Below, piece after piece: positions 14,375-27,800 of a stretch of DNA of 64,000 nt (positions are counted from its first letter, which is position 1; every line of letters starts with the position of its first letter). Made by a program: the position numbers and the translations under genes. The DNA lies in assembly GCA_000320545.1 (NCBI GenBank), contig ADNK01003064.1:16986-80985 (forward strand). The letters run 5' to 3'. Source of the DNA: Bigelowiella natans CCMP2755 (taxonomy: Eukaryota; Protista; Cercozoa). The notes beneath the pieces are model-generated. The model worked only from the letters and a program-made list of their open reading frames with translations. It was not told where the DNA came from and searched no databases.

Positions 14375-14888
14375 GTATAGCTTATTTTGTTTAGCTAAAC
14401 CTCATTATAATAGTTCTATTTTAGTTCCACACCCATGGCAAAAGAAAATATGTTCATAATTTCGTTGAAATACTCATGGGATATAGAGAATCGGATAATT
14501 AAATAAATTCAAGCTTTGATTAATGTCAGAAAGAAAACATAAAAAATGGACAAGAGCTTACAATATCTTACATAGGTTGTTTTGACATTTCCACACACTA
14601 AAAATCTTAATACTACTAGTAGTAGTCAATTCACGCTTTTCAATTAGTAGTAGGTAAGGTATTATATCATATGAATCAGGCGAGGGAGTTGATTTTGGCG
14701 ATTCAGTAGAGGAGCGACAAAGAGATTTGATGGAGCAGTATGGGTGAATTTTTTGTTTCTCTTCTAATTTGAAATCATTCTTTATTATTTATTTAGCTAA
14801 GTTACATCTAAAAAAAACTCATAATGTTTTTATTACCAATAGGTTTAAATGCAGATGTTCATTGTGCAGCCTTTCTCATGATTCATGA
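8277..14888 (+). CDS. SMYD/ATXR2-like SET-domain lysine methyltransferase, >20 small exons (5' end and some internal exons uncertain)
   Basis: Exons encode the SET-N motif SRGRGLFAERDF (8431-), a MYND-like CDTCRRFLGSVQLQ (8943-9014), GAVAQNALQ, FEGVAIYPLLSMLNHA/CAPNC (NHxCxPN), NIKNGQELTISYI, and post-SET EERQRDLMEQYG/FKCRCSLC ending at TGA 14886-14888. Confidence 0.85.
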
Positions 14889-15717
14889 GAAGAAACGAAT
14901 GAGCTCATTATATTAGCACCGTCTTCTAGATAACCTACTTTGGCGTTTGTTGTGGATATATTGCACTTGCATCATCAAAATAATTCTTATCAAAAATTTG
15001 GGATCCTTCCTGGCGAGACGCGTACGTAACTAAAGTGTATTGATTCAATAATGTTCAATGTTATCCTCCAATGATATAATACACTTTCAGTATTAATAAC
15101 GGTCCTCTGTCGTTATTTCCTGCATGGGTATGCTGCTAGTATGGTGTAAACAGAACCTTCTGACTCAACATATCAAAATAACGTATAGACTGCAAATTAT
15201 GATGGCCTTATATAGATTGATGACTTAGTTTGTGCACGTTCGCTAGTTTATATCACACCGATTTACATAATACTACATACAAGCTGCAGTTCTCATGCAG
15301 CGCAAGTCTCGCCAGCAGCGCCATTAGCATTACGTGCTGCGTATCTTGCGATGTGTGCATTACATGTGGGCGTTTAACCTGCTACACAAAAATTGCAAGA
15401 GCAAAGCAATAAACGATAGATTCAAATTTGGGGAATGGCTACGCTGCTGCATATAACCCCTTGTACTATGTAACACTAGCTGCTCAGCAGTGTCTAACAA
15501 CATTTTAGATTAAATATTGCTATATATACTCATGAGCCTAGAGCTGTAAATGATCGGTTTTTAGTCGATAACATCAACTCAGAACAAACTTCTTAGAAGC
15601 AGTCACATATGCTGTCTTTCGTTGAAATATATATATGCGTAGTGGTCTATGCTCATCGTGTCGATACACATGCCTTGTCCAATAAATAAGAACGATCAAG
15701 TATTCTGCATTTCTGAA

Positions 15718-15878
15718 TCAAAACTCCGCATTTCCTGGATATCTTGGATAAGGAATTACATCCCTTACGTTTGTCATCCCTGTTAGATAGCATACTAATC
15801 TTTCAAACCCAACGCCATATCCAGCATGCGGGACTGATCCGTACCTAATTGCAATTTAATGGAAATATATATATAGAA

Positions 15879-15923
<45 letters not shown>

Positions 15924-16409
15924 AAAAATCCAGATAATGTGTGAGTGAGTGAGTGTGTGTGTGTATGTGTGTGTTCGTTAAAAAGACGCTTGGCATCCCC
16001 CGTCTCACCTTATTATTGGACGTTATAATGATTTACTTGTTTATGGTAGGTAGTACAGATAGCAATGTTTCCACGTATTACCAACTAAACAACATAGAGT
16101 GTTGTAACTACTTTTAAATTTATATTCAATTCATTTTTTTTGGTCCCTACTTTCGAAGATCCATATACCACCAATAATCATCTTCAATTAAGTCAAATTC
16201 TTTCAATTTCTTCTGGAGAACGTCATATCTAGTTGTTATGAATAATGGACAAAAAAACTCAGTTGTAATAAGATCTGTTGCCCCTCCCTTCAACCCACCA
16301 TAGTGGATTTTCTTCTGCTTTCTTTTGGGTTATTATTATCTTCTTGTGTACATGATACCTCGCATCTTTCTTTCTACTTCACGTACTGCTAACTCCTCAA
16401 CCAAAAGTT

Positions 16410-16442
<33 letters not shown>

Positions 16443-16478
16443 GCAATTACTATATCCTCCCCCTCCTCTTCCTACGCG

Positions 16479-16517
<39 letters not shown>

Positions 16518-16829
16518 CAATATCATCACCACCTTTCTTCTCTTTGACTGCCTCCAGCTAATTCACCCACGCCAGGAACTAGCAAATCGAAAGCTAGTAG
16601 TAGCATTAGGTAGTAGAAAAAGATTATGTTTTAAGAATCATCAATGCTAATCAAAAAAAGGAAAAACCGACAAAACTACTCACAGAATAAATGAACCAGG
16701 AAAGAAACAGAGATTTCTTTGTCATTTGTGCTACTTCTTACTACCAGCAACTGTTTTCCCATCGTCGTTATCACGCATATAGAATGCTTTTATATCTCTG
16801 GGGTAGTTGTACCTGCATAAATGATAATA

Positions 16830-16869
<40 letters not shown>

Positions 16870-17844
16870 CATATTCAATATGCAACATCAACAAGTAAAC
16901 AAATTGATCATGCTCTGCACACAATAGGGAGGACACACATCCGTCACAACATCTACAATTTTTCTATGAATGATGGGTGAATAAGATTTCTGCATGATGA
17001 TGATGATCTTTCTGACACGAAGGTAGCAGCTCCTTGCCCCCATTTTTCACATATCCAGCGCTCATGCTCAGTAGCTAGATCTGTCCCGAATCCGACATCA
17101 GGGTATTCCCACTTACTAGCATCTTTTGTAATCTACAAGAAAGAGAGGAGAAGAGAAGGGAGGACAATCAAATAATAGTTAGTTGCTGCGACGATAAGTA
17201 GGAAAGAATTAGAATCAATATTTGTCTGCTAAATACATTGTCATCCATCGAGCTGCTGCTACGGGAAGAAAAGCAACAAAGATAGGCAGTATTCGTGGTG
17301 TAGAGAGTTCGTGTATGGAGAAAGAGAACATACACACGGCGGCCAAAACGTCACTATTATATTGTTCCAGCAGTATCATGATGACGATATATTACTATAA
17401 TTCATGTGTAGTTCGGTCACACAAACACAACTAGAATAACCTCTTCTTGAAGTAGCTTGATTGCTTCTTTGTACTCTATCTTCATAAAAGGCTTATTTGC
17501 TATCAAACCTAAACGTTCTTTGAGCCCCTTCTCATAGAATTTTCCGAAGAATTCCAAATCATCTGAACATTCTTCCATCGCAGCCGTTGCTGCTGCACGA
17601 ACCTGCGATTAATTGGATGATGATGATGATGAGGAGGAGGAGGAGGAGGAGGAGGATGTTACTGCTGTCTGTCACCATCAATTGGTACTACTGTTTTCTG
17701 TTTATGCGAATACATACACATTGATGTATAATATATCTTAGGCCCAACTTTTCCTTCCACCTCATTATTTATTTCAGTAGTAGTAGTAGTAGTAGTGAAT
17801 CATCTTCATGTACGTCCTCCTCCTCCCTCTCCTTCTCCATCCAC

Positions 17845-17883
<39 letters not shown>

Positions 17884-18288
17884 GCCCTCACAGTTGTCCA
17901 TTGCATCAAATATATCAGCGAAAGCCATCTCTGGTTCAATCATCCAAAATTCTGCAAGATGCCTTCATATACCATCAAGATGCAAGCCAAGCAAACGTGG
18001 TATACGTCAAGAGGTAGTAGTGGTAGTAGTAGTAGTAGTAGAAGAAGAAGAAGAAGAGGGTTGTTATCAGGGGGGAGAAAGAAGTAGTATTTGTGGAGAG
18101 AGAGGGAGTCATATATATATATATATATATAGTTCTTCCTTGAACAATCATCATATCATGGATGAATGAATGATATCAACAAAGTGAGTGATTAGTGGCA
18201 AACATTACAAATTATTGAGGTTATTCAAAAATAATAGACCTGTAGATCTACTGAGCCAATAGCATTATTACCATTATCATTATTAGTG

Positions 18289-18321
<33 letters not shown>

Positions 18322-19752
18322 ATAGTAGAAGTGGTGCCCTATTTGCAGCAGCAGGAACAACAACAGCACATGTAGGAGAAGCAGTTGTAGTAGTAGTATA
18401 TTTGCATATGTTTGATAAGAAGCACACTACTAGGTAGAAGATAGGTAGTAGCCAATAATGATAATAACCACCACCTCACCTTGATGTTTGAGAATTCTCA
18501 GCTCTAAATGTAGGTCCAAACGTGTATATGTCTTTATTGAGGGGGGGTAGGAGGAGGAGGAGGAGGAGGAGGAGGATGAGGTAAAATGAGGAGGTCATGC
18601 TATAAATCAATACCAATTTACTATCCCCCTCCCCTCCCCCTCCTCCCCTTCTCTCTCTCTCTCTCCCTCTCTCTCTCTCTCTCCAAGATACGAAATAAAT
18701 TGTTGTGTTACCTCCCATTGCACAAGCGTACGTTTCTCCAGATAATTGTCCACTCACAGTCAAATATGCTGGTTTGTCTAAGAACAACGACGATAACGAC
18801 GAGGATAATGATAATAATTAAGAATAACGATATATATCATCAGATATTGAAGTAGTGCCATTAAAAGTAAGCATTTAGACGACGACGACGCCATGTAGCA
18901 CAAGAAGTGGGATTGGTACTCATTATTTTTTACATGGTAGGTAACCAATAACAAATAGAGCCAAGCAGTTTTCTTTGCTTCCTATTCTTCTTCTTCTTCT
19001 TCTTCATGTTCTTCTTCTTCGTCTTCTTCTTCTTATTATTATTATTAATCTTCTTCTTCTTCTTCTTCTTATTTCTCTTCTTTTGACATAAGACAACTGT
19101 AAACTGACTGTCACTATATTATCACATCTCGTAGCTCAGTAGTCTAGAACTACTACTACTATTACTACTACTACTACTCATTATTAAGCATATCATCATG
19201 ATACCAAAGAAATCGTTCTTGTAGAATTCCTTCATCGTGTCATCATTATCATCATCGTCGGATTTCTTCTTGTTATTTTTTAAAGAAGGTGGGTTTTGAG
19301 GATCTATCGTCGTAACTCGAAACATCTCTCCAGCACCCTCACAATCAGAAGCCGTGATGATGGGACTACGTACGTTATTGATGATGGGATTATAAATGGT
19401 GGTGGTGGTGGTGGATGATAATGACGATTGATCACTGATGACGATCAAAGTAAGAACTAGAGATAATGTTATCATTTAGGATAATGAAAGTAAGGACTGT
19501 TTAATAATATCCTCTTTTATCATCATCATCATCATCATCATCATTATCATCATATAGCTGAAATAAGCAAGGAGCAGCACTCCAACCTGTGGAGGTGTTT
19601 AAAGCCCATCGAGTGAAAATAATTATGGATCTGAACGGATATAAATATAATATAATATAGATAAAAGTAATCAAGAAGACAGAATAAAGCCGTACTGTCA
19701 CATGGTTAGTGATCAACGATGAAAAAATTGACTTACATATAATTAATCAATC

Positions 19753-19792
<40 letters not shown>

Positions 19793-20720
19793 GTACCCCA
19801 AGAGCCAAACTGGATCTTACGCGAGAAACAGCTGCAAATGTGTTAGTACGTGCCCGAAGATGTGCGATTGACCTACAACATGCACAAAAACAATACTACT
19901 TACTAAAAGGCTGCTGCTGCTGCTACTACTAGGAATCTGCTAGAAGAGACTAGAAATAATAACTGAAGTCTAGGGATAATATAGATGATGTGCCAAAAAA
20001 GGCAGCCGCATGATATTTCGCACACATACATTGCACATTGCATTGTGGTGTGTGAATGTAGATTAGTTAACGACGATGATGTTTTAAATGGATGCTGATG
20101 ATGCAAGATTTAATGAAAAAGTCATAATAATGATGATGATGATGATCATGAGGAGGATGGGGCTCTTCTTTCTCCTCCCCCTCCCCACCACCCCCCCCCC
20201 TCCTCCTTCTCCTCCTTGATAATTACCGTAAGAACTCCAGAGAGTGTCTTTTCTTTTGAAGAGGGTATTTGTCACCATCTTGGACAACTCCGACAATCTT
20301 GATATCCTGTAATAAAGTGTAGTATCATCATGTTGGTGTTATGGCGGATGATGCATCCATCATCGTGATCATCCCACTACTACTTACCTCACATTGTATC
20401 TCTACTGCTTGACCCTTCCCTGGTGACTCGACAAGCTTCCCCAAAACAGCTACTGATGCTCCTGTTGTAACTTTTGATGTCACGTCTTCAAATTTATCAA
20501 CTCCTCCTTCCATCTTGCCAGCATCTATAACGACCTAAAATGGTAAAAATAGTACTACATTTACCATTAAATCTGCTACTACTCCTCCCCACCAGATAAT
20601 AATAAAAATAATAATCATCATCATCATCCATCATCAGGTTTTTGACAACCAACTACGTACTATATGCAATGTAGCCATCAGCTGTTTTTAGAATCATGCA
20701 TCTCCGTCACAATCATTGTT

Positions 20721-20752
<32 letters not shown>

Positions 20753-21616
20753 TATCATCATTTCGATCAATCCACAGAGAAGTATTCATAAGAGTAATGC
20801 TACAAATCATACCCTCTGTTTCCCCTTCTCATCCTCCCCCCCATCCTCTTCCTTCTATTACTACTACTACTACTACTGCTACTCGTTTACCTGTATACCA
20901 CTAAAAGAGCTACCGTCGTTGATCTCCATAAATGCTAGTTGCTTTTGAGCTCTCAGAGTCCTAACCCATCCTTTGATAACAACTTGCTTTCCAATCAATT
21001 CACTTTTCTTGGCCTCTAACGACAAAGAAGACTTCAATATGTCACCAACTTTTGTGCGCTTTCCCCCTTGGGATGCGAACGTTTTCCGAACGGAGTCCTA
21101 TTATTAATATAATAAGCAATGATGAAAGGGATGGTGCTGCTGATTATGATAATTACATTAGTAGTGCAATGAGAAACTAGTAGTAATAGTATGATGATAA
21201 TGGGGTCTGATGAATTATATTGGTCTTTATTGCTAGAAATTCTTTGCTTCAGATGATGCTACTACCTCTGCTACATCTTCAAGAGAATCTTTGGAAGTAT
21301 GAATTGTTGCTCCAGATTTTGTAGCAAACAGACCCCTCCTCCTCCTATGATGTGATCCCAATTGGTAGTTGTAGTAGTGGTGGTGTCCGGCCATATTATT
21401 ATGCATCGAAGCAAACCCTTCTCCTCTCCTATTCACAATGGCATTGGTGGCCATTTTTCCTGCCACCATCTTGCGACAACCTCGTGCTTGCACCAGGGCT
21501 GCTGCCTTTACAGGAGGTGTTGTTCTCCTCAGTGTCATCATCTTCATCGTAACAGCGATTGCGGTAGTGAAAAACAGTGCCAATACTCCTCTTCTCAAAA
21601 GTGATTGTGATGGCAT
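15718..21616 (-). CDS. asnS: Asparaginyl-tRNA synthetase, bacterial/organellar type, with N-terminal signal peptide plus transit-like leader; 16 exons
   Basis: Spliced exons give [137 protein letters not shown] and [16 protein letters not shown]...[11 protein letters not shown]. All introns are GT-AG. Confidence 0.96.
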
Positions 21617-22018
21617 ACTATAAATGCATACACGGGTGGGGTGGGCTGTTTTTTTGAGGGAGCAAGCAACCAACCAACCACACAGAGGAGATGTTTATTA
21701 TGTGTGTAGACTGTGTGCTGTGTGTGTGGTAGATAGATGATGAGCCACGTGTGGTGGTGGTGGTGTACACTTTGTTGTCGTTACATCGTAGATCGCTCAT
21801 ATGGTTGTCGCACAATATGAATCGCATGTGAAAAGAGGAAGAAGAAGAAACATGGATGACATCGAAGAAATTTCCTAGAGATACTACATCGATATTATTA
21901 TAATTATCCCGGTATTATTATTATTATCACCGGGTGACCGGAGCCAGGAACGGCACAAACTCCCAAGTACCACAAACCAAAATCCCGCTCCGTGGTGCGC
22001 AAGTGGGAGAGAGGGGAG

Positions 22019-22069
<51 letters not shown>

Positions 22070-22481
22070 AGGGAGAGGAGGGAAAGCATGAATGTATGTC
22101 TGAACCTTTATTATTGTAAGTTTGGAGTTGTGCCCACCATGACAGACACGCTGACGAAAATTCCGTTGTTTACTACATACTCCGTCTGCATCCCGCTCTG
22201 TGTTCAGGATTTTTTTGCGCTGTCGAAGTCCCAGCGCTCTACAAGCTAAAACACCTTCACAATGTCTGAACCATCTAGCGTAATTGGCTTGGAAGAGAAT
22301 AAACATGGGAGTCTTTACAATCAAGAGAAAGCCAGGTTAAATTATTACATTGTACTGGAACTCTACAATAAATGTACCGTATTTTTTAACATAATTTTGT
22401 GTTTGAACTTCTTTCTGACTAATTTCCATCAGATTCGAAATTAATCAGGGGAGACGCGTAACTTGGTTAAGAAGGGGTCTG

Positions 22482-23660
22482 ATGGGCTTGTCTCTGTTGA
22501 TGATAATTCTCTTTATTGTATCCTTCGCACTGATCGCCGATCTGGAAGGACGTGTGGATGACAACAACAACAACAACAACTCAGCAGCAGGGTCTAATAG
22601 CCTAGTGTTAAGTACTTCTCCTGTTAGATCTAACATGGTCTCAGAACTATACCGTGGATCAGGACAATGGGCAGTCAAAAAAAGCCTTCCTTATCTTGCA
22701 AGTGATGTTGCAACGACAGACTGTGGTGGGAAAATCTACATTGTAGGTGGACTTGAACAAAGTGGTACAACTGTGAGCAATCGCGTTATGGAATATGATC
22801 CTATATTTGAGACATATACAAACCTTACTTCCTTGCCCAATCCCCGTTATCGGCACGGTGTCGCATGCATCTCTGGAGCTTCTGCTGGAGACTACAAATT
22901 ATTCGTTGTAGGTGGTTTCAATTCTACAGCCCGTGGAAATAGTGGACAACCTGAGGCCGATGTATTTGAGTATAATTCAGCAACACAAATCTGGCAAATC
23001 ACTTCCAGGTTGATCGTACCTCGAGGGGATCATGCGATTGCTCAAATGAACAGCAGCATTTATGTATTTGGAGGATATGGTTTAAACTACAATATGGCTA
23101 TGAGTGGAACCTCTCTTGAAATCATGAATACAGCTGCTGGACGAACATGGACAGCTGGGCCCAATATGCCAACATCTCGTGGTGATGTTAAAGCTGCGGT
23201 GCTTAATGGTAAAATATATGTAGTGGGGGGATGGAATGACGTGACTTATGGGTTCCAAAACGCTGTCGAGGCTTATAACCCTCAAACAAACGTCTGGGAA
23301 TCTCTAGCAAGTCTACCTGTTGCCCGTGGTGATTGTGCAGTTGCTGCTATTGCGGGCAGACTTGTTGTTGTTGGTGGAGAGATTTGGTCTGGAACAAGAC
23401 GTCCATGCGACTGGGATCCTTCCACCACATGTAATGTCAACGAGATTCCAGTACATAATGTTGAACAATATGATCCAAATACGAACTATTGGACACCTCT
23501 CGCCCCGCTCCCGACTGCTAGATTCCGATTTGATGCTTCAGCTGAAAATGGTGCTCTCTTCGTGTTTGGAGGTCACATGATCGGCAATGTTGATGTTGGA
23601 AACGTGGATGCTTTGTACCTTATCGACCACCCAAGCATTTTCGTACACAAGAAGAGCTAA
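22482..23660 (+). CDS. Kelch-repeat beta-propeller protein with predicted signal peptide; intronless
   Basis: 392-aa ORF with a hydrophobic N-terminus and six Kelch repeats (IYIVGG, LFVVGG, IYVFGG, IYVVGG, LVVVGG, LFVFGG; Y-x-P-x-T-N-x-W spacing). Confidence 0.93.
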   Translation: MGLSLLMIILFIVSFALIADLEGRVDDNNNNNNSAAGSNSLVLSTSPVRSNMVSELYRGSGQWAVKKSLPYLASDVATTDCGGKIYIVGGLEQSGTTVSNRVMEYDPIFETYTNLTSLPNPRYRHGVACISGASAGDYKLFVVGGFNSTARGNSGQPEADVFEYNSATQIWQITSRLIVPRGDHAIAQMNSSIYVFGGYGLNYNMAMSGTSLEIMNTAAGRTWTAGPNMPTSRGDVKAAVLNGKIYVVGGWNDVTYGFQNAVEAYNPQTNVWESLASLPVARGDCAVAAIAGRLVVVGGEIWSGTRRPCDWDPSTTCNVNEIPVHNVEQYDPNTNYWTPLAPLPTARFRFDASAENGALFVFGGHMIGNVDVGNVDALYLIDHPSIFVHKKS

Positions 23661-23718
23661 CTTCTTGTACCTTATCGACCACCCAAGTAATTTCGTACAC
23701 AAGAAGAGCTAACTTCTT
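23613..23718. repeat. 52-bp tandem duplication of the last codons and stop of the Kelch gene
   Basis: ttgtaccttatcgaccacccaag(ca/ta)..ttcgtacacaagaagagctaacttc occurs at 23613 and again at 23665, with two substitutions. Confidence 0.92.
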
Positions 23719-24859
23719 TAAAAATGATAAGAGGTTGCAGTGAGTAACACTACAATGTCTTAGTATTTGAGCATGTGTAGCAGCAACTATTTGTTTTCTG
23801 TGCTTTAGATCAATTTTACAACAATGTGTGAAAGCAAACTGCTTGTTTTTTGTTGCTGACGTTCGCCAGCTCCACACAGCGCGCACATGCAGCTTTTCGT
23901 GAATACCCATTGGTTAGTACTGAAATAGTCATGTGCACCATTCTAGCATTCTAGCATTTCTCGGGGAAACTTGTCGGTCTTTGCTAGTTATGGCGTGATG
24001 CATGCACACAAAAATGCTGCTTCACACTTAGCCGCCAGACAACCATGCTAAATCGTGTCATTAATTATAGCGCATTTGCTTCGGCAAACATGATTCGCCA
24101 ACCTCACACACGCCACATTGCTAGATTATGCTATGGTGAACGCTGCTGTGGTTTTGATGCGCAACTAGGCATGTTAGCATGGTCTGTGTGTTGGTGCTCA
24201 TTGTAGCAATCGATGCCCGTGCCAAGCTAGCAAGCTGCATGTTTCTAGCTAGGATTTGCTTGTATGCTTGTCCAGCAGATACAATTCAATCTAGGCAATG
24301 CATCATCGATTATTTAATATCAAATGCTTCGCTTTCACGCAAAAAATGCGATGCGATGTCCAAGCTAGCAAGGCTGAATTTATTAAGCACGGCCAGCATG
24401 CATATACGTCAGACTCGATCGAATAACAACAAAATCAGATACTCTTGCGAAAGTGAATCTAGTAATGTGGCATGCAAGCTAGTGAGACAATAGACAAGTA
24501 ATACGATATATATACATCTAAAGATTATTGTTGAGCATGCAAATTGTGGTGCATAGCAGCAGGATAGCTAGATAGCAGGATAGCAGGGCTAGCGAGGGTG
24601 AAACGAGGTGCAATTTCGGGAATGCTCACTATCTACTACTAGACTAGCATGGATTTGCTTGCGCAGCTGGACCATGCAAGTTGGGAAAACAGGTTTGCTA
24701 CGATGTAACAGCCGAACCCATGATGTGAAATGAAATTATTAGCGAATCTGTGAAGCGCGCATGACGCTCGATTAGAAAGGCCTGCTTCTTGTAGACTGTG
24801 TATGTGTGCCATGAAGTGTGGGAAGGCGAAGAACGAGCGTGCATCCAGTAGCATTGAGA

Positions 24860-27800
24860 CTAGTGACATTGCATGTTCTTGAATGCGAGCGCGCTGACAC
24901 CAAGGATGTGGTAAACCAATCCCATGCCCCCGAGAATGATCCATGCCTCATTGTGATCGCTTTTGATATCATAGAAATCTAGCACAGCACGTCCATCTTC
25001 AAAGGGCCTCTCCAAAGGTGTACAAAAACCTTTTGACTGATCTATTGAAGAACATTCAATAGGCCCATAGTCTCTCCATTGGTTCACCATAAGAAGACGG
25101 AATACCCACGTATAAGGAGACGATTCGCGCAACCATATGTAGTAATCAGGAACTTCATCTAATTGGATGATGAAACCACTGTAACAAATAGTAGATTTTC
25201 ATCCATAATAATGGCAGGTGGATGAGAATTAGAAGAACTAACTTCAAAGACACGACGATAAATGTTTAAGATATACAGTCAACCAAAGGTCAATAATCAA
25301 TAAAGTCTCTTCTACTACCTGGGCACTAGCGTAAAAGAAATGAAAAGAATTGCTAGCAAGTATGCTACTTGTTCTGAAGGTGCCAAACTGATAATAATGA
25401 TAAATTTAAACATTTAGTCACATATCAATGCTGCTTAGATGTGTGTTATGCAAACAGCATCAAGTAAGTACTACAATTAAACTCTATAAATTGTTTCCTG
25501 TAGTTTTATTGATATGTTCAATTACACTTCTTGTTCTTTAAGTAATCATTTCTTCTGTAATTTTGTTATCTTCTTCTTCTTATTATTATTATTAAGGATA
25601 CTACCAGCTGATCATATAGGCCGCTGACGTTGTGACAAAAGTTATCATTGCCAAAATGGCAAGAAACGTGCCAAAAACGATGTTGTCCTCAGAGAATCCC
25701 ACCATATAGAAACCAATCGGTGCGAACATGACCCTAATTAATCATGTGATGCCAGCATCATCTTTTCATTTTCTCATAATCATCATCATCATCATTATCA
25801 TCATCATCATCAATATTCATGAACACTTACACTTACCCCAAAATCATGTCAAGAAGAAAGTTTGATAAGCTCTTGGAGAGGTAGTAGGGTATGATTCCAT
25901 ATATTCCAGAACTATACTCTCGACGAAATACTACGAGCTCTTTTGGAAATGTGTTGACGGTGGAAATCATGAAGGCAAGTCCTTGATTCACCATTAAGAA
26001 GAACAGCGCGCCATTGATGGACTTCCGATCACAATTTTTCACACCATCACGATACATGACGGAGTTATGATTTAAATGAAGAAATTATGGTTTACATCAA
26101 GAAATTATGATTTATGACAATGTAGGAGCACATGTGTGTGTTCCTATAAATTTCGAACCAAGGAGAAACTTGTGCATCGGTTTCAATATGTATTATTATC
26201 ATATTTTATGATACTCATCGCTCTCGGTATTTGCTGTGCGTTTGACTTAAAACAGCAGTTCTAGTTCTAGTAGTGGTAGTTAGTGGTAGTAGTAGTAGTT
26301 CCACCTGTACAGCAGTTTGATCAGATTGACGCCCCAATCCCAAATACATCGATCCCACGAATACCATTACGACACAAGTCCTCACCAGAAGTACAACAGT
26401 CAGGATTCTAACACAGCATGCAACCATCAAAATTAGAAGTATAATGAAGACAATGCCAACAACAACTGTATATTTTAATAACGTTTTGTTGATGTATTGG
26501 GTTATCATCTTTTAGTGTTACAGACGAGCACTTATTTCTCCTCCTATCAATGAGCTCCCGGTACAAAAGCACTCTTAGCTGTACAAGACCAGAGATCCTA
26601 CTATCTACACTCTCCTCCTCTCCAGTTGTAGTAGTAACCTATTATTATTATTATTATTGTTGTTGTTGTTGTTGTTGCTATGATTGATTATTATAATTAT
26701 AGCACACGTATTATCATCGTTTATACTACAACTTTTCCATCTCAGCAGCGCGCACGCACTACTACGATGTAGAGTAGTAGCTAGGTAGCTACTAATTTGC
26801 ATGTTGTTATGAGAAGATACTCCTTTTCTATCGTATCACCTTGTTCTTTTTAACAGCAGAGAGCAAGTAATGTTTCTTCGTGTCCGAGCCGCGTTTGCTC
26901 GATGTCCAAGCATCTCTCACACGCAAACGATCTATCTTAGATTCCATCAAGTTTTCTAGGAAAAACTATAAAGCAGCATGATATAACGATTGTGCCGATT
27001 GTGAGTAATAATCAGTGCAATGATAAATGTAATAATTCGTTGCTTCTACTAATCGAACAATTGCTGAATTTGTAGCTCTCTTTTTCTTTTTCCTCGCTAT
27101 CCTTTTTTTATTATCTTTTTCTTCTTCTTATTTCCCCTCTCACCCTCTGCACTCCCTACCCTCGTTTCCTTTCTTTTCAACCTCTGCTGGATTTGTGAAG
27201 GGGGGACATTGAGTATCCATGGTATCACAGTAGCTTCTAAGCTGATTTGCAGGTCCAAAGTAGGCAGTGTGGCCTTCAACCAACACTAATAGTTCTTCAA
27301 GCTCCCCAAATATGCGTGCAGAGGGCTGATGGATTGTGGCAATCACTGTAACTCTATTACCACCAGTTCCGTGTCCTTTTGCAATCTTCTTTAAAAGCTT
27401 TATAATTCCAAGTGCCTTATAGGAATCTAGTCCAGAAGTGGCCTCATCCAGAAATAATAGAGATGGCTTATTGGAGATCACTGTAGCGATTGATAACCTT
27501 CGTCGTTCACCACCAGAAATGCCGCTCTCATCAGGGAATCCTGATAAGAAACAAATAAAGCATCAGCAACAGCAGCAGCAGGACTGCATAGTAAGTAAGT
27601 AGGAGGAGGAGGAGGAGAAAACAATACACTGGTGACGATGACGACGGTGATGATAACAATGATACTGATGCTGGTGCTGATAGTGTTAGTGCAAAAGGAA
27701 GATGGAACCCTTTCAATTTACAAGAGAAGTGACAATGATGGTGAAGATAGTAACTATAATCTAAGTACACACCAACTTCTCACCCCCCTCTCCCATCCCC

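Noticed and set aside
17015-17045. Possible GC-AG intron in AsnRS
   Set aside because: The exon reads through ([11 protein letters not shown]) to a normal GT donor.
27428-27460. ABCG D-loop reads LDEATSGLD instead of LDEPTSGLD
   Set aside because: A single substitution also seen in other ABC subfamilies; the catalytic residues are intact.
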